Below are positions 14,886-25,503 of a stretch of DNA of 41,079 nucleotides, piece by piece. Every line of letters starts with the position of its first letter. The first letter of the stretch is position 1. Where the stretch lies: contig JAZONU010000165.1 of assembly GCA_045654605.1 (NCBI GenBank), forward strand, positions 1-41,079, given 5' to 3'. Source of the stretch: Candidatus Caccoplasma sp. Lineage in GTDB: Bacteria > Bacteroidota > Bacteroidia > Bacteroidales > G3-4614. Below the pieces are notes generated by a model. The model saw nothing but the letters and a program-made list of their open reading frames with translations, searched no databases and had not been told where the DNA came from. A program made the position numbers and the translations under genes.

Positions 14886-17744
14886 ATGATTATCGACAAT
14901 AAGCACATAGTATCAATATATGTCAGTGGCAAGTTGCTTGAGTTGGAGAATAGCAGTTCATCCAATATACGGTTAAATGAAACAATATTCAACCCAACGA
15001 AGAGTCAGACAACACAGGCAAGTTATAGTTTTTCATTCAGTATACCGTCAACGCCTAATAATAACGAGATATTGGGGTTTGCAAATGTCCTTCCTCATGA
15101 TGGAAAGTTTTTGGCAAGGTATAATTGTGAGGTGTATGCAGATGAAACACTGATATTCAAGGGTAGTCTTTCTATCAGTGAGTTCGATCATGATAAGCAG
15201 CAATACAAGGCAAATCTTATATCATTTAAGGTGAACGACTTGGATGAGATATTTGATGATGCGGTGTTATCAGATATCCCTTGGTATGTGGACTTTCAAG
15301 GCGCTTCAACAATAAATGCGGTTAATGCTGATTATACATCAAAGTATTATTTTCCATTTGTAAGCTATGGTGTATTCCAAAAGAAACCTTATTTAACAGA
15401 TGAGGTTGGTAATGAGTATACATCAAAGTTCAATATTGACATGTACAATAGGTTTTGGGTAGAGTCATTTTACCCGTCAATGAATGTCATGGAGACGGTT
15501 AAAAAGGCGTTGGAATGGAAGGGATATACCGTTGGTGGTACAGCATTTCAAGATAGGGTTACAAGTGGGTTATTTGCATCATGCAACCTTTCAAGCGAAC
15601 AGATACCAACATATAACCTTGGTAACCCAAGATTCGGAAAGGTGGTTATTGGTGGTTCATGGAACAATGCAACACAGACAGACACTTCTTTCTACCAAGA
15701 CCTTGATTATCCGTATGAGAAGATAGGTTTTTCAACGGCAGATCTGCAGTACAATTTCAAGGGTATTGATGTATGGAATATGTGGGAAACGATGAACACC
15801 ACCAACCTATCAGAACAATATCTTTTTGACCCTGAAGAAAATTGTGTTGTTGTACCGGCAGATGGTTGGTACAGGATAAGACTTGTGGTATCTGCTGAAT
15901 TGTCAGGTTATGGAACCACATTCACAGCAGAACAATACAGAACATCAGGTGCAGCATCCGAATATACGGTTGAAAACACCACCATAACTTGCAATTTGTC
16001 AGGGCAGACACCACTTGAAATACAGTTGGTTAGGAACTACGATGAAAATATCGAACTTATCAAGGGTAAGAAGAATGTTAGATACATGAACGGAAACCCC
16101 AATGATGAGTACTACGGTCAAGATGGCGGAAGAACATCGCCTAATAAAGTAGAGTGGTACACAGAGTACCCGCATCAAAAACTATACGATGCTGAGAACC
16201 CTACAAAGGGAAATGAGGCTACTGCAAAGGCAGTTGGTTCAACATCTACGACTGACAGTCAAGGAAGAACGGGTGGAAGGGTATCATCAGACAATACAAC
16301 TATTGGTGGCGGTTCAAGGACAACTACAAGGAGAAGACCAGGACAGACAGAGCATACCATAGGATATATGCATAAGGATGGGAATAATGTCGTTATGCCT
16401 TATGACCAAAATGTATCAGAGGCGTTCATATGCGGTTTTTCTTCGATAGGTGATGGTACGGTATCTGTTATGAAAAACGGTAAGTCTTGGTACAGAGGAA
16501 ATGCCATTAAAAATAAGGTTTTGGCAAATGTAACGGGTCTTGAGTTCGTTACGAAGAGTGGTACATCATTCGTATCTGAGGATACATCTATGAATTATAA
16601 TACATATCCGGAGTCTCCTGCAAATGTATGCAATACAACACTTGGAATGTTTATGAGCGGACAGGTACATCTATGTGTCTATCTTAAGAAGAATGATATA
16701 CTTGAATTGATGGCAATACAGAGGGATTTCAGCGGACAGAAATATGTATGCAGTGCATCAACCTATTTTGAAATGGAGGCTGTATCACCCATTATTGGTG
16801 AAGAGAAATTAAGAAGCACCGGATATAACTACTATACTCCTACTGCATTCCCATATGAACTTAACCTTTCAAACTTCATGAACAATGAAATGAGGATTGC
16901 TGATTGGATTAAGCAAGTGTGCGACACACTAAATATAGAGATTGTACAAGATGGCAAGAATATCGATTTTAATGTCCGTAGAGGCATTAAAAAAGACGGT
17001 ATGGCATATATATCCATTGATGACAGAGTGAGTGACAGAGAGGCTGTAAGCAGCCGAATTAACTATCCTGCAAGGCTTGGTGCAAAGTGGAATATCAACG
17101 TTGATGAATATGGGTATGAAACAACCGTTCCTTCTGAGTGGATAAATGAAACTGATTGGGCGGATCATGGTGATAAGGGCTATGAGATTGTGCAGTTAGA
17201 TAGTGATCCGTATAACACTTCATCAGATGTGATGGATTCAAGGTTCTCATACTGTTGGTATGTTCCTTTCAACCTTATGCAGGAAGGTACATCAGGCACT
17301 CAGTTAACAACGTTAAATATTCCGGTAATTGAATTGTCAGAGTTTATGGCCGATGGGTATGGTTATGATGAGGCAATGAAACATGACGGTTATTCACTTA
17401 CTCAGAGATTTTGGTTTAGACAAAACCCATCGCAGTATACAAGGCAACTTGCAAGTTGGATGGATGAGAATGTTTATCTTGACATACCAACACCGTTATT
17501 GGATGATGTGATGATGTCTTATAAGTACACTGAGAAGAGTTTATTGACTGAATTACTCAATGTCTATCCAAGACTATCATCCAACTATGTTACCATTAAT
17601 GTGTACCTTACACCTCAAGAGTATATGCTTCTTAAAGCCGGTACAAAAGTTAGATTTAATGATGACATCTACATATGTTGTGAGATAAGTGGATTTGATG
17701 CGAGTGGTACTAACTTGACAAAGTTAAAACTTATGAAACAGTGA
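14886..17744 (+). CDS. Large tail tip or baseplate hub protein candidate
   Basis: 952 aa with an internal S/T/G/R-rich disordered stretch (STSTTDSQGRTGGRV...TTTRRRPGQ). Position before the fibre genes. Confidence 0.4.
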   Translation: MIIDNKHIVSIYVSGKLLELENSSSSNIRLNETIFNPTKSQTTQASYSFSFSIPSTPNNNEILGFANVLPHDGKFLARYNCEVYADETLIFKGSLSISEFDHDKQQYKANLISFKVNDLDEIFDDAVLSDIPWYVDFQGASTINAVNADYTSKYYFPFVSYGVFQKKPYLTDEVGNEYTSKFNIDMYNRFWVESFYPSMNVMETVKKALEWKGYTVGGTAFQDRVTSGLFASCNLSSEQIPTYNLGNPRFGKVVIGGSWNNATQTDTSFYQDLDYPYEKIGFSTADLQYNFKGIDVWNMWETMNTTNLSEQYLFDPEENCVVVPADGWYRIRLVVSAELSGYGTTFTAEQYRTSGAASEYTVENTTITCNLSGQTPLEIQLVRNYDENIELIKGKKNVRYMNGNPNDEYYGQDGGRTSPNKVEWYTEYPHQKLYDAENPTKGNEATAKAVGSTSTTDSQGRTGGRVSSDNTTIGGGSRTTTRRRPGQTEHTIGYMHKDGNNVVMPYDQNVSEAFICGFSSIGDGTVSVMKNGKSWYRGNAIKNKVLANVTGLEFVTKSGTSFVSEDTSMNYNTYPESPANVCNTTLGMFMSGQVHLCVYLKKNDILELMAIQRDFSGQKYVCSASTYFEMEAVSPIIGEEKLRSTGYNYYTPTAFPYELNLSNFMNNEMRIADWIKQVCDTLNIEIVQDGKNIDFNVRRGIKKDGMAYISIDDRVSDREAVSSRINYPARLGAKWNINVDEYGYETTVPSEWINETDWADHGDKGYEIVQLDSDPYNTSSDVMDSRFSYCWYVPFNLMQEGTSGTQLTTLNIPVIELSEFMADGYGYDEAMKHDGYSLTQRFWFRQNPSQYTRQLASWMDENVYLDIPTPLLDDVMMSYKYTEKSLLTELLNVYPRLSSNYVTINVYLTPQEYMLLKAGTKVRFNDDIYICCEISGFDASGTNLTKLKLMKQ

Positions 17745-17753
17745 TGAACGAAA

Positions 17754-17786
17754 TGGGGATATTTAAACGATATTCCCATTTTTTTT
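17754..17786 (+). terminator. Rho-independent terminator
   Basis: TGGGGATAT-ttaaacg-ATATTCCCA followed by T8. Confidence 0.8.
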
Positions 17787-17796
17787 GTCTTTCAGA

Positions 17797-17804
17797 TATG
17801 TTTA
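17797..17804 (+). promoter_or_regulatory. TATGTTTA box
   Basis: 10 nt after the terminator and 16 nt before the ATG at 17821. Confidence 0.55.
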
Positions 17805-17820
17805 TAATAAAAAGAATACA

Positions 17821-19140
17821 ATGCCGGTTTCAATATACGAATTAGACTGCAAGTATCAGAGACTCAATCTTAAGAAAGAGGTGTATCTTATCCCTGAGAG
17901 TCATCTTAAGAGAATACACATAGATAACGGTGCAGCATACATAGACGGTCTTGACACACTGCCAACACATATATCAGTTGAGGAAGTGACTCTTAACGAG
18001 GAAACATCGTTGGACGAGAGATTTAGGTTCTCAAAAAACCTTACATTCAAGGTTAGGGGTAGAAAGGACTTGGATTTCTTGGATGAAAAGTACTATGCCA
18101 TTGTGGTTACAGAAGAAGATGTAAAGTATTGCGTTAACGTTGAGTTCCCATCAACGGTCACATACGCATATACACTGTCACAAGACACCGATGAGACACA
18201 ATTTACGCTTCGTACAGAGTCAAATCACCCAACTCTAAGGCTTGCTACTGACATATCATCAGCAATCGACTGTAAGGGCTATTTTCTGTCTTGTGTAAAG
18301 GAAATAAGGCTCTTGGAGAAGTATAAGGCAGCACTTAGAGAAGGACATGGTGTAACGAGTTCTGAGGCTTTTAAGAAGGTTGACTACCTAAAGGAGTCAA
18401 TAACATTCACAGAGGCTTATAACGGCAACAATGTTACCACAACCCTTTCATTTGACATCCCACTTTCAGAATATAAAAGCAGTTGGCATTACAATTTACT
18501 TGAATTTATATACAATACCTATTCTCTTATATTAGAGGCATGTGGTGGTTATCATTATGCAGGGTTTAACTTTGGATTAGAGCCTGCATTTACCGTTAAT
18601 GGCGATGGTGATAACGCTATGATAAGCATTGTACTTACAGAGGTTTCAGACAGAGGTGGCAAGTTCTATGTCAACCCTCTCCCTGAGGATATCAACAGTT
18701 CAACTACCTATGTATTTACAGATGAAAACGGTGGTTATATATGTATAGAGGGTGGACTTGCACAGTATACACTTCAGAAGGAACTTAACTTCCTTGATAA
18801 CCCTACCGGCAATTACAGAGCCTTAGTTGGGTATGAGGGTATGTTTCCCGATCTGAACATTGTTGGCACATTCAGCGAGGTTATGATGTTCCAAACCGAT
18901 AAATGCGGTGGTGAAGGTGGTGGTGGAATGACAGGTGGAACACTTCCTGACATCATCGAACTACAGAGTGGACAATGTAAGTCATACACATTCTCAGCAG
19001 TGTGCGATTGGCATGTATCAGAAATCACATCCGATCTTACTGTAACCCCAATGAGCGGTGTTGCAAACAGACTGTATACAATAACGGTATGTAAGAATGG
19101 GGATTCAGGTTATAATCCCGGTGGTGGAACAACTGATTAA
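17821..19140 (+). CDS. Tail or baseplate protein with a C-terminal BACON-like domain
   Basis: The track start 17785 lies in the terminator T-run; the first ATG is at 17821. The C-terminal GGTLPDIIELQSGQCKSYTFSAVCDWHVSEITSDLTVTPMSGVANRLYTITV is repeated at the N-terminus of the next gene. Confidence 0.5.
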   Translation: MPVSIYELDCKYQRLNLKKEVYLIPESHLKRIHIDNGAAYIDGLDTLPTHISVEEVTLNEETSLDERFRFSKNLTFKVRGRKDLDFLDEKYYAIVVTEEDVKYCVNVEFPSTVTYAYTLSQDTDETQFTLRTESNHPTLRLATDISSAIDCKGYFLSCVKEIRLLEKYKAALREGHGVTSSEAFKKVDYLKESITFTEAYNGNNVTTTLSFDIPLSEYKSSWHYNLLEFIYNTYSLILEACGGYHYAGFNFGLEPAFTVNGDGDNAMISIVLTEVSDRGGKFYVNPLPEDINSSTTYVFTDENGGYICIEGGLAQYTLQKELNFLDNPTGNYRALVGYEGMFPDLNIVGTFSEVMMFQTDKCGGEGGGGMTGGTLPDIIELQSGQCKSYTFSAVCDWHVSEITSDLTVTPMSGVANRLYTITVCKNGDSGYNPGGGTTD

Positions 19141-19157
19141 AATAAAAGATAAATAAG

Positions 19158-20351
19158 ATGAGTTCATTTTTCGAAATATCATATTGCGACCAAATAAAAC
19201 ATGTTGATGTGGTAGATAAGATACCTCAAAGTGGTGGAACATTGCCATCAACAATTACATTTGATGGTATAGGCTGTAAAAACTATACCTTCTCTGCAAA
19301 CTGCGATTGGGATATGACATCTACAAGCCCTAATATAACCGTAACACCAAGCACCGGTGCTGCAAATGTATTGTATGACATTTCAGTATGCTATATCGGT
19401 GAAGGAAATAAGGTTGTAGTGACAGATTTAAGTGGGAATACCTATTCAATACCATGCGATGATACGAATACGCTTAATTGGGAATATTATGAGTATCAAA
19501 AGACAAGCATCTCAGGGGGTTATAGAAACATTACTGAAGCAGTGATTGGTGATTGTGTTCAGGTATTAAGTGCAAGTTGTTTTCAGGATTGTAGAAATTT
19601 GGATTGCAGTTCGATATCAGGCGCAACAGGATTAAGAGAGATTGAAATGGCTGCATACGAAAATACACATGTTTATAGAAACAGACAACAAATATATGGA
19701 GGCACTTTAAACCTGCCAAATGGACTACAGAAGGTTGGTTCAAGGGCTTTTGGTTATACAGGGTTCAATAACCTTAATATACCTGCTTCGTTGACCGATA
19801 TTGCTCATGGATATGGTGGTACAAATAACTATATGATAAGACACCCATTTGTGGGTATGACGGCACTTGGAACTTATGAATATGAAGAATATTCAGGGCT
19901 TACCTATTCAATAACGGTTGATACGGGAAATACTGTTTATGATTCAAGGAATAACTGCAATGCGATAATGGAAACTGCTACAGATACACTGATATTTGGT
20001 TGTCCTAATACCGTTATACCTGATGAAACAAAGATAATTGGAGTTTATGCATTTGTAGGTGGGGCTGAGTATTCAGGTAAGACAATAACAATACCAAGCA
20101 GTGTAACTGAAATACAAGTATCAGCATTTGAAGGATGCATATTGGATTCTGTAACAATTCTTGCCACAACACCACCAATAATGAGAGGTAGCAATTATAC
20201 AGGCACAACAGGTAATAATTATGCGTTTTACGCCGGTTATGGTGTAACACCATACCCTATTTATGTACCAAGTGAGAGTGTGGAAACATATAAGGCAGCA
20301 GATGGATGGACTTACTATGCAGATAGAATAACAGCAATACCAAACAGTTAA
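19158..20351 (+). CDS. BACON-like plus LRR_5 (BspA-like) receptor-binding candidate
   Basis: N-terminal GGTLPSTITFDGIGCKNYTFSANCDWDM...TVTPSTGAANVLYDISV. LRR_5-type units (SASCFQDCRNL, NTVYDSRNNCNAIMETATDTLIFGC). C-terminal cap motif TTPPIM...PIYVPSESVETYKAADGW. Confidence 0.65.
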   Translation: MSSFFEISYCDQIKHVDVVDKIPQSGGTLPSTITFDGIGCKNYTFSANCDWDMTSTSPNITVTPSTGAANVLYDISVCYIGEGNKVVVTDLSGNTYSIPCDDTNTLNWEYYEYQKTSISGGYRNITEAVIGDCVQVLSASCFQDCRNLDCSSISGATGLREIEMAAYENTHVYRNRQQIYGGTLNLPNGLQKVGSRAFGYTGFNNLNIPASLTDIAHGYGGTNNYMIRHPFVGMTALGTYEYEEYSGLTYSITVDTGNTVYDSRNNCNAIMETATDTLIFGCPNTVIPDETKIIGVYAFVGGAEYSGKTITIPSSVTEIQVSAFEGCILDSVTILATTPPIMRGSNYTGTTGNNYAFYAGYGVTPYPIYVPSESVETYKAADGWTYYADRITAIPNS

Positions 20352-20356
20352 GAAAA

Positions 20357-22051
20357 ATGGCAAGACAAGCAACGATTATAGTAAATTATTGTAATGTATC
20401 AGGGACGGTGACAACCATATTCCCCGATGGGGGTACAAACAAGTGCTTACCAAATGGTTCAAACTATGAGGTAACTGCTGCTTTACAGACACTTACGGTT
20501 AATGTGCTTTGCCCCATAAGTGCAATTACGGGTGATTTGCAGAACACCTTTACATCTTCTCAGATAACATTTACCATACCTCAGAATGATTCAACGTCTC
20601 AGAGGATATTTACAGAGGTTGTGACATTTGTTGACGGTACAACTGCAACAATTTACATCACTCAGAAAGGATACAGTTCAAAATATGTACGGGTTCCAAT
20701 ATCTGAGCATTATATGTGCTATCAAGGCAATAAGTACTATGCAAACAGACAGATGATATCCTATGACGGTGGTGTAAATTACATATGGAAAGAACCACCC
20801 GTTTATGCCCGTTCAGCGACAATCTATTCAAGCGGTGATACTGACTGTTATGAAGGTGATTGTGAGTGGGAGGATTTGGTGGGACAAACCTACTGTCTTT
20901 CAGGCACTCTGTATTCTGTTCAGCAAAAGGTATGCGACGGTGTATATACTGAGGAAAAGAGACTGAACCAAGTGATAGGAGAGTGTACAGACCCTGCAGA
21001 AGGCTATGAATACAGATGGGTACTTTCAACGGGTCTTACCATATGCGGTGAGAATACAAGTGGTGGTACAGGACCAACACCTGACACAGGTGATACACCA
21101 ACGGTTGTTACTGATAAGTGGATTGAAAATGGATATACATGTAGTGGATATGACAAGTATATCGAAGAGGTGCATGTATATTCAACTGACGGTGAGATAT
21201 TTTTCCCTGAATACCCACCTGAGGTACGACTTGGTGCATTGGTAGAAGAAAATAGTGAGTATTGTGGCTATGAACTAAAAACAAAGTGGCAAGATGACGG
21301 TGATGAGGATTGCTACGGTACAACGCTAAGGCATGTGCTTGTTAAGTACGTCTCAGACGATATGGGTCAGACTTGGACAAAGGCTGTTCCTGAAGAGACA
21401 AAGCCGGGCGATATCATCGAGACAATGAGCCCTACATGCGGATACATAGATTGGGAGGCATATAAGTACATTGGTGTATATGATGGCGATGCAACAAATC
21501 CACACCTTGTAGACTATAACGGCTCATATGTAGTTACAACTGCTGATACAAAACCAAGTGGTGAGGATATATCACACCTTACAAGGATAATAGTAGGCTC
21601 TGCTGTTACTGCCATAAGTGATTACTGCTTCGAAAGTGCTGTAAATCTTACTGAAACGGGAACACTTCCAAATACACTAAGGAGCATTGGTACCGGTGCA
21701 TTTGCATATTGTACGTCATTGCCTAACAGTGGAATAACACTTAACGAGGGATTGCAGACGATAGGAACGAATGCATTCAACCACTGTACAAGCCTTACAA
21801 GTATGAGAATACCATCAACGGTGACAAGCATTGGGCAAGGTGCTTTTTGGGGCTGTACAAACATAACAAGCATCACATTCGTAGGAAATACACCACCTAC
21901 ACTGCCAAATACATCATTTGATGACCTTCCAAGCAATTATGTGATATATGTTCCTTATGCAGCATTAACGACATATCAAACGGCTTATAGTTGGTGTAGT
22001 TCGCATATACAGGGTTCAATAACCCCAAATCCTAATGTACCAACAATGTAA
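20357..22051 (+). CDS. Cys-bounded repeat plus LRR_5 receptor-binding candidate
   Basis: The C-terminal third carries LRR_5 units (IGTGAFAYCTSL, IGTNAFNHCTSLTSMRIPSTVTSIGQGAFWGCTNITSI) and the cap NTPPTLP...VIYVPYAALTTYQTAYSW. Confidence 0.65.
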   Translation: MARQATIIVNYCNVSGTVTTIFPDGGTNKCLPNGSNYEVTAALQTLTVNVLCPISAITGDLQNTFTSSQITFTIPQNDSTSQRIFTEVVTFVDGTTATIYITQKGYSSKYVRVPISEHYMCYQGNKYYANRQMISYDGGVNYIWKEPPVYARSATIYSSGDTDCYEGDCEWEDLVGQTYCLSGTLYSVQQKVCDGVYTEEKRLNQVIGECTDPAEGYEYRWVLSTGLTICGENTSGGTGPTPDTGDTPTVVTDKWIENGYTCSGYDKYIEEVHVYSTDGEIFFPEYPPEVRLGALVEENSEYCGYELKTKWQDDGDEDCYGTTLRHVLVKYVSDDMGQTWTKAVPEETKPGDIIETMSPTCGYIDWEAYKYIGVYDGDATNPHLVDYNGSYVVTTADTKPSGEDISHLTRIIVGSAVTAISDYCFESAVNLTETGTLPNTLRSIGTGAFAYCTSLPNSGITLNEGLQTIGTNAFNHCTSLTSMRIPSTVTSIGQGAFWGCTNITSITFVGNTPPTLPNTSFDDLPSNYVIYVPYAALTTYQTAYSWCSSHIQGSITPNPNVPTM

Positions 22052-22075
22052 TAAATGTAATAATAAAAGACAAAG

Positions 22076-24682
22076 ATGGGAGTTTATACTTTATATAGGG
22101 CATATTATAAGCAGAGAAGACCTTCAGGCAGCACTCAGAGTTGGCAGACAGTTTTACCAATGGAGATATCATACACTGACGGATCGGGACATACAACGGT
22201 TATTGAAGAAAACAGTACTCATTGTGGCTATGAGCCTCCAATAGAGCCTATTTATCGTTGGGTGAATATACCGATTAACCAAGACTATGACTGTGATACA
22301 ACCACATATACCAAGTACTACAAGCAGAAGAGACAGGTATCATACGATAATGGTGCAACGTACAATGATGTATCTCCGGCTCAGTATCAAAGGGGTTCAG
22401 CATATGAAACGAACAGTATTGATTGTGGATATATTGATCCAACGGGATATAAGGTAATATTAACTTATAGGGATGGAACAACGAAATATATACCTTGCAA
22501 TAGTTCTACCGAACTGACAGAAAGCGAAGTGAGGAGTGCTTATTCGGGCGAAGTTGTTAATGCTGTTGTGGGTAGTTGCGTAACAAAACTTTATCGATCT
22601 TTTTATAACTGTAAGTGCTTAACAAGTGTAACCATACCAAGCAGCGTAACTAAGATTGGTTTGGGCGCGTTTGATGGCTGTTCTTGTCTTACTAACGTTA
22701 ATATCCCTAATAGCGTAACGACAATCGATGACAGCGCATTTGATGATTGTAGCAGTCTGACAAGCATAATTATACCTAACAGTGTTACAAGCATTGGCGG
22801 TAGTGCATTCTTCGGCTGTAGTGGTTTAACAAGTGTTACAATGCCTGACAGCATTCCTATTGGTACAAAATGTTTCGCTAATTGCGTTAATTTACAAAAT
22901 ATAAATTCAAACAGAGTAAAATTAAATCAAGGGGCTTTTGAGGGATGTAAAAGTCTTAGTTCAATCAATATTGACAATAGTGTAGATACGATTTTCACCA
23001 AAGCGTTCAATGGTTGTTCAAGTCTTACAAGTGTGACAATACCAAGTGGAGTTACAAGCATTGGCGATAGTGCATTCAAGGACTGTAGTAATTTAACAAG
23101 TATAACTATACCAACCGGTGTAACTATAATCAGTTACTATGCTTTTGAAAATTGCAGCAATTTAACAGAGATAATCATTCCAAATAGCGTAACAACTATT
23201 TGGTACGGGGCATTTAATGGCTGTTCAAGTCTTACAAGCATAACTATACCAAGCAGTGTGACGGCAATAACAAGTGGAAGTGCTATAGAAGATTGGAACA
23301 TCATACAAGGATGTACTTCTCTCATAAGTGTTGTTGTGGATCAGAATAATACGGTATATGATTCAAGGAATAACTGCAATGCCATTATCAAAACCGACAC
23401 TAATACATTGATAGGGGGTTGTAAGACAACCGTTATTCCAAGTGGCACTATATCAATAGGGCAGTGTGCTTTCAGAAATAATGAAGGCGTAACAAGTATG
23501 ACTATACCACAAAGTGTTAATACGATAGGTAGGTATGCTTTCAGCGGTTGTACGGGTTTGATAAGTGTAAGTATCCCTAACGCATTAAGCAGTTTTGGCG
23601 TTGGAGCATTTGAGAATTGTAGTAGTTTAACAGGTATAACAATCCCTGATAGTGTTAGTTCAATACCATCATTCTGTTTCTGTGGTTGCAGTAGTTTAAG
23701 AAGTATAAACATCCCAAGTCGGGTGACTTCACTTTCAAACAATGCATTTGATGGGTGTTATAGTGTTACTTCAATAACGGTTGACGCAAACAATACAGTG
23801 TACGACTCAAGGGATAATTGCAACGCAATTATTGAAACCGACACTAATGCTTTGATATATGGTTGTAAAAATACGACTATTCCTAATACGGTGACAACGA
23901 TCCGCGGACGCGCATTCTATGAAATATTGGGAATGACTTCTATTGATATACCATCTTCAGTTACTTACATCGGTGATAACGCATTTGGAGGTTGTTATAA
24001 TGTTACTTCAATAACGGTTTCTAATAGCAATACCGCATATACCTCAAATGGGAATAACGGTATATTCTCAAAGAATGGTAAATCGTTAGTAGTTGGGTGT
24101 AGTACTACTGTTATTCCTAATGGTGTTACAAGTATTAACAATAATGCGTTTTTTGGATGTAAAAACCTTACAAGCATAACCATACCAAACAGTGTTACAA
24201 GCATCGGTAATTTTGCTTTTGACCATTGTTCAAGTCTTACAAGTGTAACAATTCCGGATAGTGTAACGAGTATAGGAACTGAGTCGTTTGGATATTGTAC
24301 GAGTCTTCAGAGTGTGATAATAGGCGATGGGGTTGTTACCATACCATTAAACGCATTTATGGATTGTCCTAACTTGTCAAGTGTTACTTTTGGGGATAGT
24401 GTAACGAGTATAGGTCATTATGCTTTTACTCGCTCTAATCTTACAAGTGTGACATTACCAAGCAGTGTTACAACACTTGGTGAAGACGCTCTAAGGAATA
24501 AGAACGAAGATGTAGCGCAAGAAATAACATGGCTCGCAACTCAACCTTCGCAATCATCATTGTTTTTTAATTTTAACGCATGTGGAAGTGTTATTTATGT
24601 GCCATCATCTGCGGTAGAATATTATAAAAACAATTTCCGTTATGGGTATTATAGTGACTTTTTCAGAGCCATTGGCAGTTAA
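22076..24682 (+). CDS. Large LRR_5 (BspA-like leucine-rich repeat) fibre or adhesin protein
   Basis: 868 aa with more than 20 units of the type IPxSVTSIGxxAFxGCSSLTSITIP, two YDSR(N/D)NCNAII(K/E)TDTN(T/A)LIxGCK modules, and the cap VIYVPSSAVEYYKNNF. Confidence 0.8.
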   Translation: MGVYTLYRAYYKQRRPSGSTQSWQTVLPMEISYTDGSGHTTVIEENSTHCGYEPPIEPIYRWVNIPINQDYDCDTTTYTKYYKQKRQVSYDNGATYNDVSPAQYQRGSAYETNSIDCGYIDPTGYKVILTYRDGTTKYIPCNSSTELTESEVRSAYSGEVVNAVVGSCVTKLYRSFYNCKCLTSVTIPSSVTKIGLGAFDGCSCLTNVNIPNSVTTIDDSAFDDCSSLTSIIIPNSVTSIGGSAFFGCSGLTSVTMPDSIPIGTKCFANCVNLQNINSNRVKLNQGAFEGCKSLSSINIDNSVDTIFTKAFNGCSSLTSVTIPSGVTSIGDSAFKDCSNLTSITIPTGVTIISYYAFENCSNLTEIIIPNSVTTIWYGAFNGCSSLTSITIPSSVTAITSGSAIEDWNIIQGCTSLISVVVDQNNTVYDSRNNCNAIIKTDTNTLIGGCKTTVIPSGTISIGQCAFRNNEGVTSMTIPQSVNTIGRYAFSGCTGLISVSIPNALSSFGVGAFENCSSLTGITIPDSVSSIPSFCFCGCSSLRSINIPSRVTSLSNNAFDGCYSVTSITVDANNTVYDSRDNCNAIIETDTNALIYGCKNTTIPNTVTTIRGRAFYEILGMTSIDIPSSVTYIGDNAFGGCYNVTSITVSNSNTAYTSNGNNGIFSKNGKSLVVGCSTTVIPNGVTSINNNAFFGCKNLTSITIPNSVTSIGNFAFDHCSSLTSVTIPDSVTSIGTESFGYCTSLQSVIIGDGVVTIPLNAFMDCPNLSSVTFGDSVTSIGHYAFTRSNLTSVTLPSSVTTLGEDALRNKNEDVAQEITWLATQPSQSSLFFNFNACGSVIYVPSSAVEYYKNNFRYGYYSDFFRAIGS

Positions 24683-24690
24683 CTAAATAA

Positions 24691-24698
24691 TATGTTTA
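24691..24698 (+). promoter_or_regulatory. TATGTTTA box
   Basis: 20 nt before the ATG at 24719. Confidence 0.5.
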
Positions 24699-24718
24699 TA
24701 TAAAAAGAAGATAACTAT

Positions 24719-25492
24719 ATGAATAATTGCGATTATAACATCTACGACTATTGGGGCTGTTGTAACTCCATTGACCTTTCCCACTATGCCACTGATTCAG
24801 ATATTGACAAACTGTGGGATGCGCTTGAGGCTATTTCAATAAGCGGTGAATGCGAATGCGATTTAACAGAGATTGAAGCCCAATTATCTGCAATACAGGC
24901 TTCGATCATAAGCCTTGCTGATAGAGTATCCACCCTTGAGGGAATAATGGCTCAGAAGGCAGATTCCTCAGCCCTTACAGAGATATGGGATGCGCTCTCA
25001 GAATGTTGCAGTGGAACACCAACGCCACCTGAGCCTCCAACCCCAACAGGCACAACCAAAAAGTTCGTAATAACGGTATCAGGAGGCTCAAACATTGAGG
25101 CTGATTGTGATACAGACTACTACTTGGACTCAACACAGACCAAGCAAGACTCAAGTACATTTATGAGATACCTTACCGCTGAGATTGGGGACTGTATAAC
25201 TGAGATCGGTGATGGTGTATTTCAAGGCTGCTTTAACATGACAAGTATAACCGTACCAAGTGGAGTGACTGACATACATAACTACGCATTCTCAACAACT
25301 CATGTGGAGGCACCCGTAACACATTTGGATATCTATATCTACGCTACGATACCACCAACATTACATGATGATGGTGAGCCTCAATTTGGGTATTTCCCTG
25401 AAGATTGTACAATATATGTCCCAAGTGGCTCATTAACGGCATATCAAAGTGCATGGCCTGACATTGCATCGAAAATTCATGCAATTGTCTAA
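24719..25492 (+). CDS. Coiled-coil, proline linker and single LRR_5 cap protein (fibre-associated)
   Basis: Cys-rich N-terminus, heptad-like LSAIQASIISLADRVSTLEGIMAQK, PTPPEPPTPTG linker, then IGDGVFQGCFNMTSITVPSGVTDI and the cap IPPTL...TIYVPSGSLTAYQSAW. Confidence 0.55.
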   Translation: MNNCDYNIYDYWGCCNSIDLSHYATDSDIDKLWDALEAISISGECECDLTEIEAQLSAIQASIISLADRVSTLEGIMAQKADSSALTEIWDALSECCSGTPTPPEPPTPTGTTKKFVITVSGGSNIEADCDTDYYLDSTQTKQDSSTFMRYLTAEIGDCITEIGDGVFQGCFNMTSITVPSGVTDIHNYAFSTTHVEAPVTHLDIYIYATIPPTLHDDGEPQFGYFPEDCTIYVPSGSLTAYQSAWPDIASKIHAIV

Positions 25493-25503
25493 ATCAAGTT
25501 AAG

